DNA of 64,000 bases from an uncultured Pseudomonadota bacterium (GCA_963847705.1 CAWKBC010000011.1:1-64000), one strand, 5' to 3'. Numbered from the stretch's first letter, positions 15,864 to 26,520 are shown. Numbers and translations: made by a program. The notes: generated from the letters alone by a model not told the origin.

Positions 15864-16472
15864 TCAGGCCGCGGCGTGCTTCTGCGGCTCCACCATCTCG
15901 CCCCGCATCAAATACAGCGGCGCCCGGTGATAGAGGTAGATGTCGTGGAACGGATCCGTGAGGATCTTCGTGAACCAGACCAGCCCGGTCTTCACGCTGC
16001 GCAGGAAGAACAGGTGAACGGTCCGGAACAGCAGCGCCCCGGCCGCCAGTCCAATCCAGAGACGCGCCAGGTGCTCGAGGTACGTCGAGAGGTTGGTCCA
16101 GGGCTGCGCGAAGATCCCGAACGCCGTCGGCGCGAAGTAGAGCGCGATCGGAACCGCCGCCCAGATGCTGTGCAGGATCACCTTGCGGCGCAGGTTGAAG
16201 CCGACCTTCACCTTCTCTTTGTACTCGTGCGTGGCCTGGTTCTCTTCGTCGTAGCCCTTCGGCTCGAAGAAGAAGTGGCCCACTTGACGGATGCACATGG
16301 CAAACGTCCAGCCGAACAGCGCCGCCGCCACCGGGTGGGTGAACAGCATCACGTAGGTGACGCAGAAGCTGATCGCGCTGATCAGGTGCAGCGTCTGGTT
16401 GATGCGACTGTGGTGGTAGAAGCGATGGTCATCCCAGCGCTGCTCTTTCAATTCCTCGAAAAAGCCGGTCAT
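15864..16472 (-). CDS. Mpo1/DUF962-like His-motif membrane protein
   Basis: DHRFYHHSRINQTLH and RQVGHFFFEP motifs plus several transmembrane segments. Confidence 0.6.
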   Translation of the reverse strand: MTGFFEELKEQRWDDHRFYHHSRINQTLHLISAISFCVTYVMLFTHPVAAALFGWTFAMCIRQVGHFFFEPKGYDEENQATHEYKEKVKVGFNLRRKVILHSIWAAVPIALYFAPTAFGIFAQPWTNLSTYLEHLARLWIGLAAGALLFRTVHLFFLRSVKTGLVWFTKILTDPFHDIYLYHRAPLYLMRGEMVEPQKHAAA

Positions 16473-16552
16473 GTGCTCTCCTTCGCTCGCGTCGGCGAGC
16501 CAAACGTTGGCGGGCCGAACGGCCTGCCAAACAAGGTTGGCTCAATTAGCCG

Positions 16553-17422
16553 CTAACTGCGTGCTTTGGAAAGCGAACTTTGGGTGACGTTCTGGTCACC
16601 GACTGTCACGGACAGTCTGCGGGCCGGGGCCGCGCGAATCAGCCACAAGCTGACCCAGACCCCGGTGCTGAAATAAAGCGACATCCAGGGCACCTCCTCG
16701 CGCCACGGCTCCCAGTCGCGCGTCACCACCCGGTGAAAGCCGGCGTCGCGCACCCCTTCGACGAAGGAGAGATAGGGGCGCTTGCTCTGCTCGTCGGCCC
16801 GCCAGCGACGGAGGTACATCGGGACGTCGACCGTCGACATGAAGACGATGTACGCGCCGATGAGCGCGGTCGCGATCCCCACGAACCGCTGCCGCGCCCC
16901 GCGCTCGCGCGCGAGCAGGCCGACGACCACCAGCGCCGAGGCGAAGGTCCAGAGGGACTGCTCGATGGCGTTGCCGAGGTAGTTCGTCGACAGGACCGCG
17001 TACCAGGAGCAGATCTCCGCCACCGCGATGATGGGGACCAACACCCGCGAGACAATCTTCGCCAGGTCTCGCTGCCCCGGGCCGGCCGATTCACCGAGGA
17101 GAAACGCCCACTGCGTCATGAAGGCCAGCTCGGCCACCGTCGCCACCGCGCGTCCGATCAGGACGACCGAGAGCCAGTTGTCGTAGAGGCAGATGCGCTG
17201 CACATCCGCGCGGGGGAAGATCGAGCGGAAGGCGCAACCCGCCACGAACAGCGCCGAGAGGATCAGCTGACGCCGGCGGTAGTCGCGGCGCTCGGCCCCC
17301 TGCAGAGCCCGCTCCCGCTGCAGCGCAACCGCGGTCCGCAGCCAGAGCGCCACGTTGAGGAGGGTGATCGCCCACAGAAACCAGATCCAGGCGGAGATCC
17401 CCGGCGACCCAGCCGCCATCAT
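16553..17422 (-). CDS. Hypothetical multi-pass membrane protein
   Basis: 289 aa with about 7 hydrophobic segments and coding-like codon bias. Confidence 0.7.
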   Translation of the reverse strand: MMAAGSPGISAWIWFLWAITLLNVALWLRTAVALQRERALQGAERRDYRRRQLILSALFVAGCAFRSIFPRADVQRICLYDNWLSVVLIGRAVATVAELAFMTQWAFLLGESAGPGQRDLAKIVSRVLVPIIAVAEICSWYAVLSTNYLGNAIEQSLWTFASALVVVGLLARERGARQRFVGIATALIGAYIVFMSTVDVPMYLRRWRADEQSKRPYLSFVEGVRDAGFHRVVTRDWEPWREEVPWMSLYFSTGVWVSLWLIRAAPARRLSVTVGDQNVTQSSLSKARS

Positions 17423-17494
17423 TGATTCCCGTTGCGCAGGAGGGTGTTCGCCACAGCACCATCACCATTGCGCATCAACCCGGTGACAGTCCAG

Positions 17495-18556
17495 TTACAG
17501 TTCTGCAACACCCACAGGCTGATTGATCGTTTCCGACCCAGCGTGGAGCTCGCCCAGCCAGTCGACGACCCGCTCCTCCGCCCAGTAGCGGGGCCGCCAG
17601 GGCCAAGGCCCCGCGACGAACCCGGTGTGGCCGCCCCAGGGCGTGACCTCGAAGGTGACCGCCTGCGAGCCGACGGCACGCGCCCGCTCCACCGCCTCGC
17701 GCGGGTAGAACGGATCGTCTTCGCTGCTGATGCAGAGGGTCGGCACGGCGATGCGCGGCAGGTATCCGAGCGAGCTCGAACGCCGGTAGTAGTCCTCGGC
17801 GCTGGAGAAGCCGTGCATCGGCGCGGTGAGCCGCTCGTCGAATTCGGCGACGGTCCGCGCCGCGCCGATGCGCGCGGCGTCGAGGTGGGCCGTCTCGCGG
17901 GGAAACCGCGCCAGCACGTCGAGCGCCTTGGGTTTCAGCCGCCGCAGGAAGTGATAGGTGTAAAAGCGCGCACCGGGCCGCTCCAGGTAGCGAGAGGCGG
18001 CGGCCAGATCGTAGGGGACGGAGATCGTGGCAGCGCCCCGGATCGTGCTGGCGGCGCCAGACTCGCCCAGCCACTTGAGCAGGACGTTTCCGCCCAGCGA
18101 AAATCCCACGGCGTAGATGGGGACGTCCGGCTCCCGCGCGGCCAGCAGGCGCAGCGCGAAGTCGAGGTCGGCGGTGTCGCCCGAGTGGTAGAGGCGGGCG
18201 CGCCGGTTCTTGAGCCGGCGCGAGATCTGCTGGGGATCGCGCGCGCACGATCGAAAGTTGAGCACCGTGCAGCGCCAGCCGACCCGCGCCGCCTGCACCG
18301 CCAGCCCCTGCGTGTGGAGGGAGTGGGCGCTCCCCTCGAGGCCGTGCAGCAACAGCAGGCGCGGGGCGCCGGCCGGGCCAGCGGCGTGGTCGAGGACCAG
18401 ATCGTCATCGTCGTCGGTGGTCAGCACCTCGCGCTGGAACCTGACCAGATGCCGCGAGCGAGCCAGACGCGCCCAGAGGGTCTGGGCGGTGGCCCCCCGC
18501 AGCCACCAGGCGACCGCGACCCGTTCGGCTCCCTGCGTCGCTCCGGCTCCCGTCAT
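17495..18556 (-). CDS. YheT-family alpha/beta hydrolase
   Basis: LHGLEGS, NFRSC, YHSGDTAD, GFSLGGN nucleophile elbow, DDPF and GGHTGF. Confidence 0.85.
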   Translation of the reverse strand: MTGAGATQGAERVAVAWWLRGATAQTLWARLARSRHLVRFQREVLTTDDDDDLVLDHAAGPAGAPRLLLLHGLEGSAHSLHTQGLAVQAARVGWRCTVLNFRSCARDPQQISRRLKNRRARLYHSGDTADLDFALRLLAAREPDVPIYAVGFSLGGNVLLKWLGESGAASTIRGAATISVPYDLAAASRYLERPGARFYTYHFLRRLKPKALDVLARFPRETAHLDAARIGAARTVAEFDERLTAPMHGFSSAEDYYRRSSSLGYLPRIAVPTLCISSEDDPFYPREAVERARAVGSQAVTFEVTPWGGHTGFVAGPWPWRPRYWAEERVVDWLGELHAGSETINQPVGVAEL

Positions 18557-18651
18557 CGCCCCATATATAGATGACGGAGGCGCGCCCGGCGCGTCCAGAT
18601 TCCGGTCACTTCCGCTTGCACGGGGGCCCCTCGCCAACTAGACAAAGAACC

Positions 18652-19934
18652 ATGAGCTCATCCGGAGAGGTCCTGACCGCCGACGGAAACAGCCCGAAAT
18701 CCGGGGGCGCGGCGGCCGTCGATCGAGGATCCCCCCCGCAGCGGCGACCGCCGCGGCGGACACACCGGCGGCGAAGCGGAGCCGGCGACCCTTCGTGCTG
18801 GCGGCCCTCGCTGTCGTGGTGGTGGTCGGGGGGCTCTACTACCTGCACGCCCGCAACTTCGAGGAGACGGACGACGCGCAGATCGACGGCAACATCAGCA
18901 ACATCGGGCCGCGCGTCACCGGCACCGTGACCGCCGTCTACGTGGTGGAGAACCAGTTCGTGAAGGCGAACGACGCGCTGCTGGAGATCGACCCCACCGA
19001 TCTTCAGGTGGCCGTCGCCCAGGCCAAGGCGTCGGTCGCGCAGGCCGAGGCGCAGCTGCAGGCCGAGGATCCCTCGGTGTCGATCACCCAGACCTCCAAC
19101 ACCGCCCTGGTGGCGGGCGCCTCCTCGGAGCTTTTGTCGGCCACCGCCGGCCTCACCGGCGCCGAGAAGGACGTGGAGCAGCTGAATTCGCGCCTGGTGC
19201 AGGCGGAGGGAAACGCGCGGCTGGCCGAGATCGAGAGGAAGCGCGGCGAGGACCTCTGGAAGGCGCAGGCGATCCCGCGCGCCGACTACGATCGCCGGAT
19301 CACCACCGCCGAGACCACGGCGGCCGAGGTGCAGGCCGCCCAGCACGCGCTGTCGTCGGCGCGCGAGCGGGTCTCGCAGCAGAAGGCGCAGCTCGGGGCC
19401 ACCAAGAGCAGGCTGACGGAGGTCAAGCAGAACGCGCCCAAGGAGGTGCAGACACGGCGCGCCTCGGTGCAGTACCGCCAGGCCAATCTGGAGCTGGCCC
19501 AGGCGCAGCTCCACCAGGCCGAGCTGAACCTCGGCTACGCCAAGATCCGCACGCCGATCCCGGGCGTGGTGGCCAAGAAGGCGGTCAACGTGGGCGACCA
19601 CGTCTCCCCCGGCCAGCAGCTGGTGGCGGTGGCGCAGACCGACGCGCTGTGGGTCACCGCCAACTTCCGTGAGACGCAGATCGAGCGGATGCACCCGGGG
19701 ATGTCGGTCGAGCTCCACGTCGACGCGCTGGGGACGAAGATGACCGGCACGGTCGAGAGCATCGGCGGCGCCACCGGGTCCCGCCTCAGCGTGCTGCCGC
19801 CCGAGAACGCCTCGGGCAACTACGTCAAGGTGGTGCAGCGGATCCCGGTGCGGATCAAGCTGGACCCGCAGGAGGGGCTGGATCGCCTGCGCCCCGGGAT
19901 GTCGGTCGAACCCAAGGTGCGCGTGACGCCGTGA
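18652..19934 (+). CDS. emrA: EmrA/HlyD membrane fusion protein (probable frameshift in the C run near 18730)
   Basis: ETDDAQIDG, WVTANFRETQ and LPPENASGNYVKVVQRIPVRI. Confidence 0.9.
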
Positions 19935-21547
19935 GCGCGGCCGGCTCGGCGGCGGCCGCACCCCCGCGCCCCGCCTACTTCGCCACCGGCTGGACCAACG
20001 GCCACAACCCCTGGGTGATCGCGCTGGTCGTCACCATGGCGACCTTCATGGAGGTGCTCGACACCAGCATCGCCAACGTCTCGCTGCCGCACATCGCCGG
20101 CAACCTGTCGGTCAGCCAGGACGAAGGGACCTGGGTCCTCACCTCGTATCTGGTCTCGAACGCGGTGGTGCTGCCGATCAGCGGCTGGATCGCCTCCAAG
20201 GTGGGGCGCAAGCGCTTCTACATGACCTGCGTCATGTTGTTCACCGCCAGCTCGTTCCTCTGCGGCATCGCGCCGTCGCTGGGGTGGCTGGTCTTCTTCC
20301 GCATCCTGCAGGGGCTGGGCGGCGGCGGCCTGGGGCCCAGCGAGCAGGCGATCCTGGCGGACACCTTCCCCCCCGCCAAGCGCGGCATGGCCTTCGCGGT
20401 CTACGGCATGGCGGTGGTGCTGGCGCCGGCGATCGGACCGACGCTGGGCGGCTTCATCACCGATCACTTCAACTGGCGCTGGATCTTCTTCATCAACGTG
20501 CCGGTCGGTCTGCTCTCGCTCACGCTCTCCCAGCGGGTGGTCAGCGATCCGCCCCACATCGTGGCCGGCAAGGCCAAGGCCGGGGGCATCGACTACGTCG
20601 GTCTCGCCCTCATCGCCATCGGTCTGGGCGCGCTGGAGATCGTGCTCGACAAGGGACAGGAGGACGAGTGGTTCGCCTCGTCGTTCATCCTCGGCAGCAC
20701 CATCGTGGCGGCCGTCTGCCTGGTCGCCTTCGTCATCTGGGAGCTCAATCACGAGCACCCGATCGTCGATGTGAAGCTGTTCAAGAACCCGACCTTCGCG
20801 GTCTCCAACGTGATGATGTTGACGCTGGGCGTGGCGCTGTTCGGCTCGACCGTTCTCCTGCCACAGTACCTGCAGGTCTTCATGGGCTACACCGCGCAGC
20901 AGTCGGGGATGGCGCTGTCGCCGGGAGGGTTCGTGGTGATCCTGCTGCTGCCGTTCGTCGGCATGATGGTGTCGCGGGTCGACACCCGTTACATGATCGG
21001 CTTCGGCTTCCTGGCGCTGTCGTCGGCGCTGTTCTTCATGACGAAGCGCATCTACGGCGGCATCGACTTCAAGACCGCCGTCGAGCTGCGGGTCATTCAG
21101 TCGATTGGTCTCCCCTTCCTCTTCATCCCGATCAACACGCTGGTCTACGCCGGCGTGCCGCCGGAGAAGAACAACGCCGTGTCGGGGATCGTCAACCTGT
21201 CGCGCAACATGGGGGGCGACATCGGCATCGCCGCGGTCACGACCCTGATCGCGCGCCGCTCACAGTTCCACCAGAGCCTGCTGGTCGGCCGCACCAACAG
21301 CTACGACCCCAGCTTCACCGCGCGCCTCGAGGGGCTGGCCAGCAACTTCCAGCGCGCGGGCGCCTCGGCCATCGACGCCACCCACCGAGCGATGGCGGTC
21401 ATCTACCTCCAGCTGCAACAGCAGGCAGCGACGCTGGCCTTTCTCGACGCCATTAAGATGCTGGCGGTCGCCACCGGCCTCATGATCCCGCTGCTGTTCC
21501 TGACACGAAGGCCTCGTCCGGGCGGCGCGCCGGCCGGCGGGCACTGA
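19931..21547 (+). CDS. emrB: DHA2 (EmrB/QacA) efflux MFS permease
   Basis: MEVLDTSIANVSLPHIAG, WVLTSYL, GPTLGG and WRWIFFINVPVG; directly follows emrA. Confidence 0.92.
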   Translation: MSAAGSAAAAPPRPAYFATGWTNGHNPWVIALVVTMATFMEVLDTSIANVSLPHIAGNLSVSQDEGTWVLTSYLVSNAVVLPISGWIASKVGRKRFYMTCVMLFTASSFLCGIAPSLGWLVFFRILQGLGGGGLGPSEQAILADTFPPAKRGMAFAVYGMAVVLAPAIGPTLGGFITDHFNWRWIFFINVPVGLLSLTLSQRVVSDPPHIVAGKAKAGGIDYVGLALIAIGLGALEIVLDKGQEDEWFASSFILGSTIVAAVCLVAFVIWELNHEHPIVDVKLFKNPTFAVSNVMMLTLGVALFGSTVLLPQYLQVFMGYTAQQSGMALSPGGFVVILLLPFVGMMVSRVDTRYMIGFGFLALSSALFFMTKRIYGGIDFKTAVELRVIQSIGLPFLFIPINTLVYAGVPPEKNNAVSGIVNLSRNMGGDIGIAAVTTLIARRSQFHQSLLVGRTNSYDPSFTARLEGLASNFQRAGASAIDATHRAMAVIYLQLQQQAATLAFLDAIKMLAVATGLMIPLLFLTRRPRPGGAPAGGH

Positions 21548-21555
21548 GCCGCGAG

Positions 21556-23088
21556 CTATTTACCGCTCTGTCCGCGCAGGCGGCCGCTCGCGCCTGCAAC
21601 CAGCCTCCGCTCCTCGGGCGCGAGTCCCAACGCCAGGAGCGTGGCGCCGTAGACGACGAGACCGAGGACGATGACCAGCGGAACGCGGAGGCCGACATGG
21701 GCGACATGCCCGTTGAGCGCGAGCTCGACGGCCAGGGCCGCGGCTGCCGCAGCGAGCGGCTTGAGGATCGTCCGGTCGAACGGGTAGACGCCGAAGCCCA
21801 CCCGGACCTCGACCATCGCCAATACGTTGACCAGGGCCGTGCTGCCCAGCGCGGCGAGCGCGGTTCCGACCAGCCCGAACCGTGGGATGAGCGCCACCCC
21901 GAGGCCGATGTTCAAGGCCGCGCTGAGGACGTTGTTCAGAAGCAGGGCGCGCGAGCGCCCCCCCGTCACCAGGATCCACCCCACCAAGCCCAGGCTGACG
22001 TTGATCCAGTGGCTCACCGCCAGGATGCAGACGGCGGTCGCCCCCTCTTGAAAGGCCGGGCCGTAGAGCGCCAGCAGATCGTGCCGGAGGACCGCCACCG
22101 TGAAGGCGATGGGTGTGGCAACGGTGAAGACCCATCGGTTCATCATCACCAGGTTCTGTTTGAGCCGGTCGCGCTGCCCCATGCTCACCGCCTCGGCGAA
22201 GACAGGCGCCGCCACGCTGTCGAAGACGGAGCGGGCGCTGGCGATGATCCGGGTGATGAACTCCGAGGCTGCGTAGACGCCCGCCGCGCTGGTCCCCAGG
22301 AACGCGGTCAAGAGGATGATGTCCGCCCGCTGCAGGATGGCGTTCAGAAGATCCGAGGCGGCGAGCGGGAGCGAGAAGGGGATGAGGCCCGGCAACCAAG
22401 GGGCGCGGAGCGACCGCCGGAGCTCCCCTCGTCCGAACACGCGGCCGACCGCGACGATCGCCAGCAGCAGCGACGCCGTCGCGGCCAGGACGTGCGCGAC
22501 CGCCAGGGTGGCCAGCGAGCGACCGAGGAGCGCGGCCGACACGCCGGCCAGGAGCAGGAAGACCGGATCGCCGATGCCGCGGACGTAGAAATTCGCACGC
22601 GTCACCTTGGCGGCCAGGCTGGCCTGCACCAGGACCACCGTGCACCCGGCCACGATCGCCGCCGGGGCCAGGATGCGCAGAGAGGTCTCCAGCGCCGGCT
22701 CGCGCATGAGGCGCGAGAGCGGACCGGCGGTGGCGATCAGGATCGCGGCCGCCGCTGACGAGAACAGCAGGCAGAGCCGCAGCCCGCTGCCGATGGCGCT
22801 GCGGACCTGGTCCTCCTCGCCGCGCGCGCGGTGCGCCGCCACGTAGCGCAGCATCCCGCCCCCGGCGCCGCCGGTTCCGCCCCGGGTCACCAGCTCCAGG
22901 ATCGCCAGGGAGGCCTGATAGCTGCCGAACACCGCGCGTCCGAAGAGGCGCGCCAGCAGCACGTGGGTGACCGACAGCAGCGCCCCCGCGGCGACGGTGA
23001 GCACCTGCATCCCGCCGCTCCGGGCCGCATGCGCGACGTCCTGGTGCTTCTCGTGGTCCTGGTCTTGGTCGCGCTGAGGGTCAGGCAT
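21556..23088 (-). CDS. MOP-superfamily polysaccharide/oligosaccharide flippase
   Basis: LARLFG..FGSY and RADIILL..AAGVYAAS; 12-14 hydrophobic segments. Confidence 0.8.
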   Translation of the reverse strand: MPDPQRDQDQDHEKHQDVAHAARSGGMQVLTVAAGALLSVTHVLLARLFGRAVFGSYQASLAILELVTRGGTGGAGGGMLRYVAAHRARGEEDQVRSAIGSGLRLCLLFSSAAAAILIATAGPLSRLMREPALETSLRILAPAAIVAGCTVVLVQASLAAKVTRANFYVRGIGDPVFLLLAGVSAALLGRSLATLAVAHVLAATASLLLAIVAVGRVFGRGELRRSLRAPWLPGLIPFSLPLAASDLLNAILQRADIILLTAFLGTSAAGVYAASEFITRIIASARSVFDSVAAPVFAEAVSMGQRDRLKQNLVMMNRWVFTVATPIAFTVAVLRHDLLALYGPAFQEGATAVCILAVSHWINVSLGLVGWILVTGGRSRALLLNNVLSAALNIGLGVALIPRFGLVGTALAALGSTALVNVLAMVEVRVGFGVYPFDRTILKPLAAAAAALAVELALNGHVAHVGLRVPLVIVLGLVVYGATLLALGLAPEERRLVAGASGRLRGQSGK

Positions 23089-23220
23089 CGGAGCGAGGTC
23101 CGGGCAGCATGTCACGGCGCGCGCCGGCTGCAGCCATTTCTGTCTCGCCCGCCGCGCTGGGCGCCGGCCGCGCCCGCCGCCGGCTTGACGAGCGCGGACG
23201 TTGAGGTATAGGGGACGGCG

Positions 23221-23496
23221 ATGCCACGCATGGTGATGTGTCGAAAGCTCGGCAAGGAGCTCCCCGGACTGCCGTTCAAGCCGGTCCAGGGCGAGCTAGG
23301 CGAGAAGATCTACGCCGAGGTCTCCTTCGACGCCTGGAAGATGTGGCTCCAGGACTCGGTCAAGTTCGTGAACACCTACCGGCTCGACCTCACCACGAAG
23401 GACGCGCAGGCCTTCATGCGGAAGCAGATGGAGGTCTACTTCGGGTTCGCCGAGGGGGACATGGCCGACACGGCCTGGACCCCGCCCAAGCCGTAG
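23221..23496 (+). CDS. yggX: Fe(II)-trafficking / oxidative damage protection protein
   Basis: RMVMCRKLGKELPGL..GELGEKIY..VS.DAW.MW..VNTYRL. Confidence 0.85.
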   Translation: MPRMVMCRKLGKELPGLPFKPVQGELGEKIYAEVSFDAWKMWLQDSVKFVNTYRLDLTTKDAQAFMRKQMEVYFGFAEGDMADTAWTPPKP

Positions 23497-23834
23497 TCGA
23501 GGCCACGCCCGTCGACGGGCAGGCTTTCGACCGGCCGCTGGCGCCCGGCGCGGGCCCAGGCCGGCGCGAGGCCCACTCTGCGCTCGATCGAGACACGGTG
23601 CCGCTGCGCGTTCTTCAGCCGGCGCGCGCGCCAGCTGGTGTAGCCCCCTCCACGCGCCGTTCACACGTCGTCGCGCCCCGTGCGAGCCCGGGCGGCGCAG
23701 CGCTGATCGGGAGAGGCGACGGGGTGCTCCTCGCCCGGCGAAGCGAACGTAATTTTTTCAGGGAATGGCTGATTTTGCCGCGTCCGGACGCCGCTCTTGC
23801 GCACTTCACCTGAGGCGAAACGACGACACAGTCG

Positions 23835-25187
23835 TCAATCGTTCGCGCGAATACGGTTTCTCGTGCCGCTGTTGATTCGGGCTGGCGCCCGTCTGGCCGG
23901 ACGTTTGCCGCCCTCGACAACGAGCTCGTGACGGGCAATCGGCGTGATCAGCGGCAGCGTGATGAAGAACGTCGACCCGGTTCCCACCTGGCTCTCCGCC
24001 CAGATGACGCCCCCCTGGGCCTCGACGATCCCTTTGGTGATGAAAAGGCCCAGGCCGCGTCCCTTGCGGGCGGTCTCGTCGGCCTGCCAGTAGCGCTGAA
24101 AGAGATGGGGAAGTCGGGCGGGCGGAATTCCCGGACCGGTGTCCCGGACCGCCACCAGCGCGCTGGCGCCGGAGGCCGCCGCCGAAAGAACGATCGTCCC
24201 CCGTTCGGGAACGAACTTCACGGCGTTTCCAATCAGGTTGGAAAACACCTGCATCATCCGTTCGCGGTCGCAGCGGACCTTGAAGGGCGGCGGCGGCGTC
24301 TCGATCTTGATCTCGATCCGCTTGTCGTGAATGAGCGGCGCGCTCATCTCGACGGCGTCCGCGAACAGGTCGCCAATCTCGTGCTCGCGCGAGTCAATCG
24401 CCAGCCGCCCCGACTCGATGCTGCCGACGTCGAGCAGGTCCTCGATCATCCGCTGCATCTGGGTGACGCCGCGCCGGATGCGCTCGAGCTGCTTCCAGCC
24501 GCGGCGCCGCTCGTCCCGCGGCGCGCTGCGGGTCAGCATCTCGACGTTCAAGAACAGACTCATCAGCGAGTTTTTCAGATCGTGTGAAACAAACGCCAGG
24601 ATGTCCTGCCGCGCCTGCACCGCTGCGCGCGCCTGATTGTAAAGTTGGGCCCGCTCGATCGCGGTGCCGATCCGAAGCGCCAGATCCTCCGCCACCGCCA
24701 GGTCGGAGCCCGCGAAGCGCCGCGCCGACTTCGTCGAGACCAGCGTGAGCACGCCGAGCGGTCCCTTCTGCGACATCAGCGGCAGCAGCATCAGCGACTT
24801 GGCCCCCAGGGCGACGTTGCCGACGCTCCCTTGCACCGATCCGCCGGCGGCATTCTTGCCGACGAGGATGGGGCGCCCCGAGCTCAACACGCGCCTCAAG
24901 AGCGCCAGATCCTCGGGCGCGATCGTCGTCGGCTGTGCCTCAGCCGGAGCGGCCTCGGCGCGGGCCATGGCGACCCGACTCAGATCCCCCTTCGTCCCGA
25001 GGAGATCGATGAGCACGACGTCGGCCAGGCGCTCCGCCGCCAGTTGCGCCACATGCCGCAGCGGCTGGTCGAGCTCGAACGACGAGGCCAGCACCTGGCT
25101 GGCGGTCGCCAGCAACCGAAGCTTCTCCTCGCGCGCGGATCCCGGAGCATCGAAGAGATCGGAGCGACGTTCCCTCACAGATCTCAT
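23835..25187 (-). CDS. GAF-domain sensor histidine kinase
   Basis: GAF (KSLMLLPL..LGVLTL), VSHDLKN H-box, NLIGNAVKF, DTGPGI and GRGLGLFI. Confidence 0.9.
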   Translation of the reverse strand: MRSVRERRSDLFDAPGSAREEKLRLLATASQVLASSFELDQPLRHVAQLAAERLADVVLIDLLGTKGDLSRVAMARAEAAPAEAQPTTIAPEDLALLRRVLSSGRPILVGKNAAGGSVQGSVGNVALGAKSLMLLPLMSQKGPLGVLTLVSTKSARRFAGSDLAVAEDLALRIGTAIERAQLYNQARAAVQARQDILAFVSHDLKNSLMSLFLNVEMLTRSAPRDERRRGWKQLERIRRGVTQMQRMIEDLLDVGSIESGRLAIDSREHEIGDLFADAVEMSAPLIHDKRIEIKIETPPPPFKVRCDRERMMQVFSNLIGNAVKFVPERGTIVLSAAASGASALVAVRDTGPGIPPARLPHLFQRYWQADETARKGRGLGLFITKGIVEAQGGVIWAESQVGTGSTFFITLPLITPIARHELVVEGGKRPARRAPARINSGTRNRIRAND

Positions 25188-25395
25188 CGCCCCTCGCACC
25201 CCGACTCCATGTGCCGCGAGAGATAACGTTTTGGAACTCGGACGGTCAAGCAGCAAGCCGAGCTCGACCTCAAACTCAGTATCTCCCTCAAAGCGTGAGA
25301 CCGTCGGTGATGCGCCAGCACGGTTTTGGTTACGCGGGCAATATTTTTTTGTCACTCACCCTTTACATTTCGTGGCCCGGAACGAGATTGGCCGC

Positions 25396-26112
25396 GTGAG
25401 CTCGCCAGGAACCCGCGTTGTGATCGTCGACGATCATCCCATCGTGCGTGACGCGCTTGCCTGCTTGCTCGGCGAAAGTCCCGACCTGCAGATCGTCGGC
25501 GTCACCGCGAGCATTCGAGAGACGCTCCCGCTGGTGGAGCGCACGATGCCGGATCTGCTGCTGGTCGATCTGTCGCTGGAAGACGGGAGCGGGATCGAGC
25601 TGGCGCGGGCGCTCCGCCGTTCGCGGACCAAGACGCGCGTCCTGATCATCACCGGCTTCCGCGACGAGTTCGCGGCGGCCGAGGCGCTCTCCGTCGGCGT
25701 TCACGGCTACATCCTCAAGGAGCAGCCGACCGCCGATCTGCTGGTGGCGATCGACACGGTCGCCCGCGGCGGAAGGTACATCTCCCCTCTCATGGCGTCC
25801 CGCATGCGGACCGACACCTCACACGGCTCGGAGGATCGGCTGCTGGCGCGACTGTCACGCCGCGAACGGGAAATCTTCCGGCTGGTGGTGGCCGGCAGCG
25901 GAAGCAAGGAGATCGCCAGCCGCCTGTTCATCAGCGTGAAGACGGTGGACACGCATCGCACGAACATCAACCGCAAGCTCGGCGTGCGGACCACCGCCAG
26001 CCTGATCCGCTTCGCCGCCGCGCACGGAATCGCCATCGCGCCGCGCGCCTCCTCGGAAGACACCGACCTGATGGAGCCGCCAGCGCCCCCGCCGGCGATC
26101 CCGACTGTCTGA
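25396..26112 (+). CDS. NarL/LuxR-family response regulator
   Basis: VVIVDDHPIVR, PDLLLVD, GYILK and the LSRREREIF..KEIA..ISVKTVDTHR HTH. Confidence 0.92.
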   Translation: MSSPGTRVVIVDDHPIVRDALACLLGESPDLQIVGVTASIRETLPLVERTMPDLLLVDLSLEDGSGIELARALRRSRTKTRVLIITGFRDEFAAAEALSVGVHGYILKEQPTADLLVAIDTVARGGRYISPLMASRMRTDTSHGSEDRLLARLSRREREIFRLVVAGSGSKEIASRLFISVKTVDTHRTNINRKLGVRTTASLIRFAAAHGIAIAPRASSEDTDLMEPPAPPPAIPTV

Positions 26113-26164
26113 CGCCCGCCAGTCGACCCGTCGCCGGCTGGCGACTGCGTCGGCGCCATCGGCC

Positions 26165-26192
26165 TTGACCGGCAAGCCTCCTCCTGTATTCT
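26165..26192 (+). promoter_or_regulatory. Sigma70-type promoter of the tRNA
   Basis: TTGACC-N16-TATTCT, 30 bp upstream of the tRNA. Confidence 0.6.
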
Positions 26193-26222
26193 CGGCCGCC
26201 GCGTCAGTTCGACAACGCATCC

Positions 26223-26295
26223 GGGCCCATAGCTCAGCTGGTAGAGCTGCGGACTTTTAATCCGTTGGCCGCAGGTTCGAACCCTGCTGGGCCCA
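26223..26295 (+). tRNA. tRNA-Lys (UUU)
   Basis: GGGCCCA/TGGGCCC acceptor stem, GCTC/GAGC D stem, GCGGA-CT-TTT-AA-TCCGT anticodon arm, GCAGG-TTCGAAC-CCTGC T arm; CCA not encoded. Confidence 0.96.
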
Positions 26296-26381
26296 CAAGC
26301 AGTAGCCAGTCTTCCGGGGACATCGGGGGTTCCTGGGGAGCGACTGCCCCGGTTGTCCGTCTGGGGAGGACCGGAACGTTC

Positions 26382-26491
26382 CCGACTTGGGGCCAGCTTG
26401 GAGCCGACTTGGGGCCAGCTTGGGGCGGACTTGGGGCCAGCTTGGAGCCGACCTGGGGCCGACTTGGGGCCAGCTCGGGGTGGACTTCGGC
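26382..26491 (+). repeat. 11-bp tandem array (CCGACTTGGGG / CCAGCTTGGRG, mostly alternating), 10 units
   Basis: Read directly; starts about 87 bp after the tRNA. Confidence 0.92.
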
Positions 26492-26520
26492 CCGACGCCG
26501 GTGGGCACCGCCTCCCGCCG

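Noticed and set aside
15189-26491. CRISPR arrays at the 15-bp, 8-bp and 11-bp repeats
   Set aside because: The units are short and directly adjacent with no unique spacers, and no cas genes are present.
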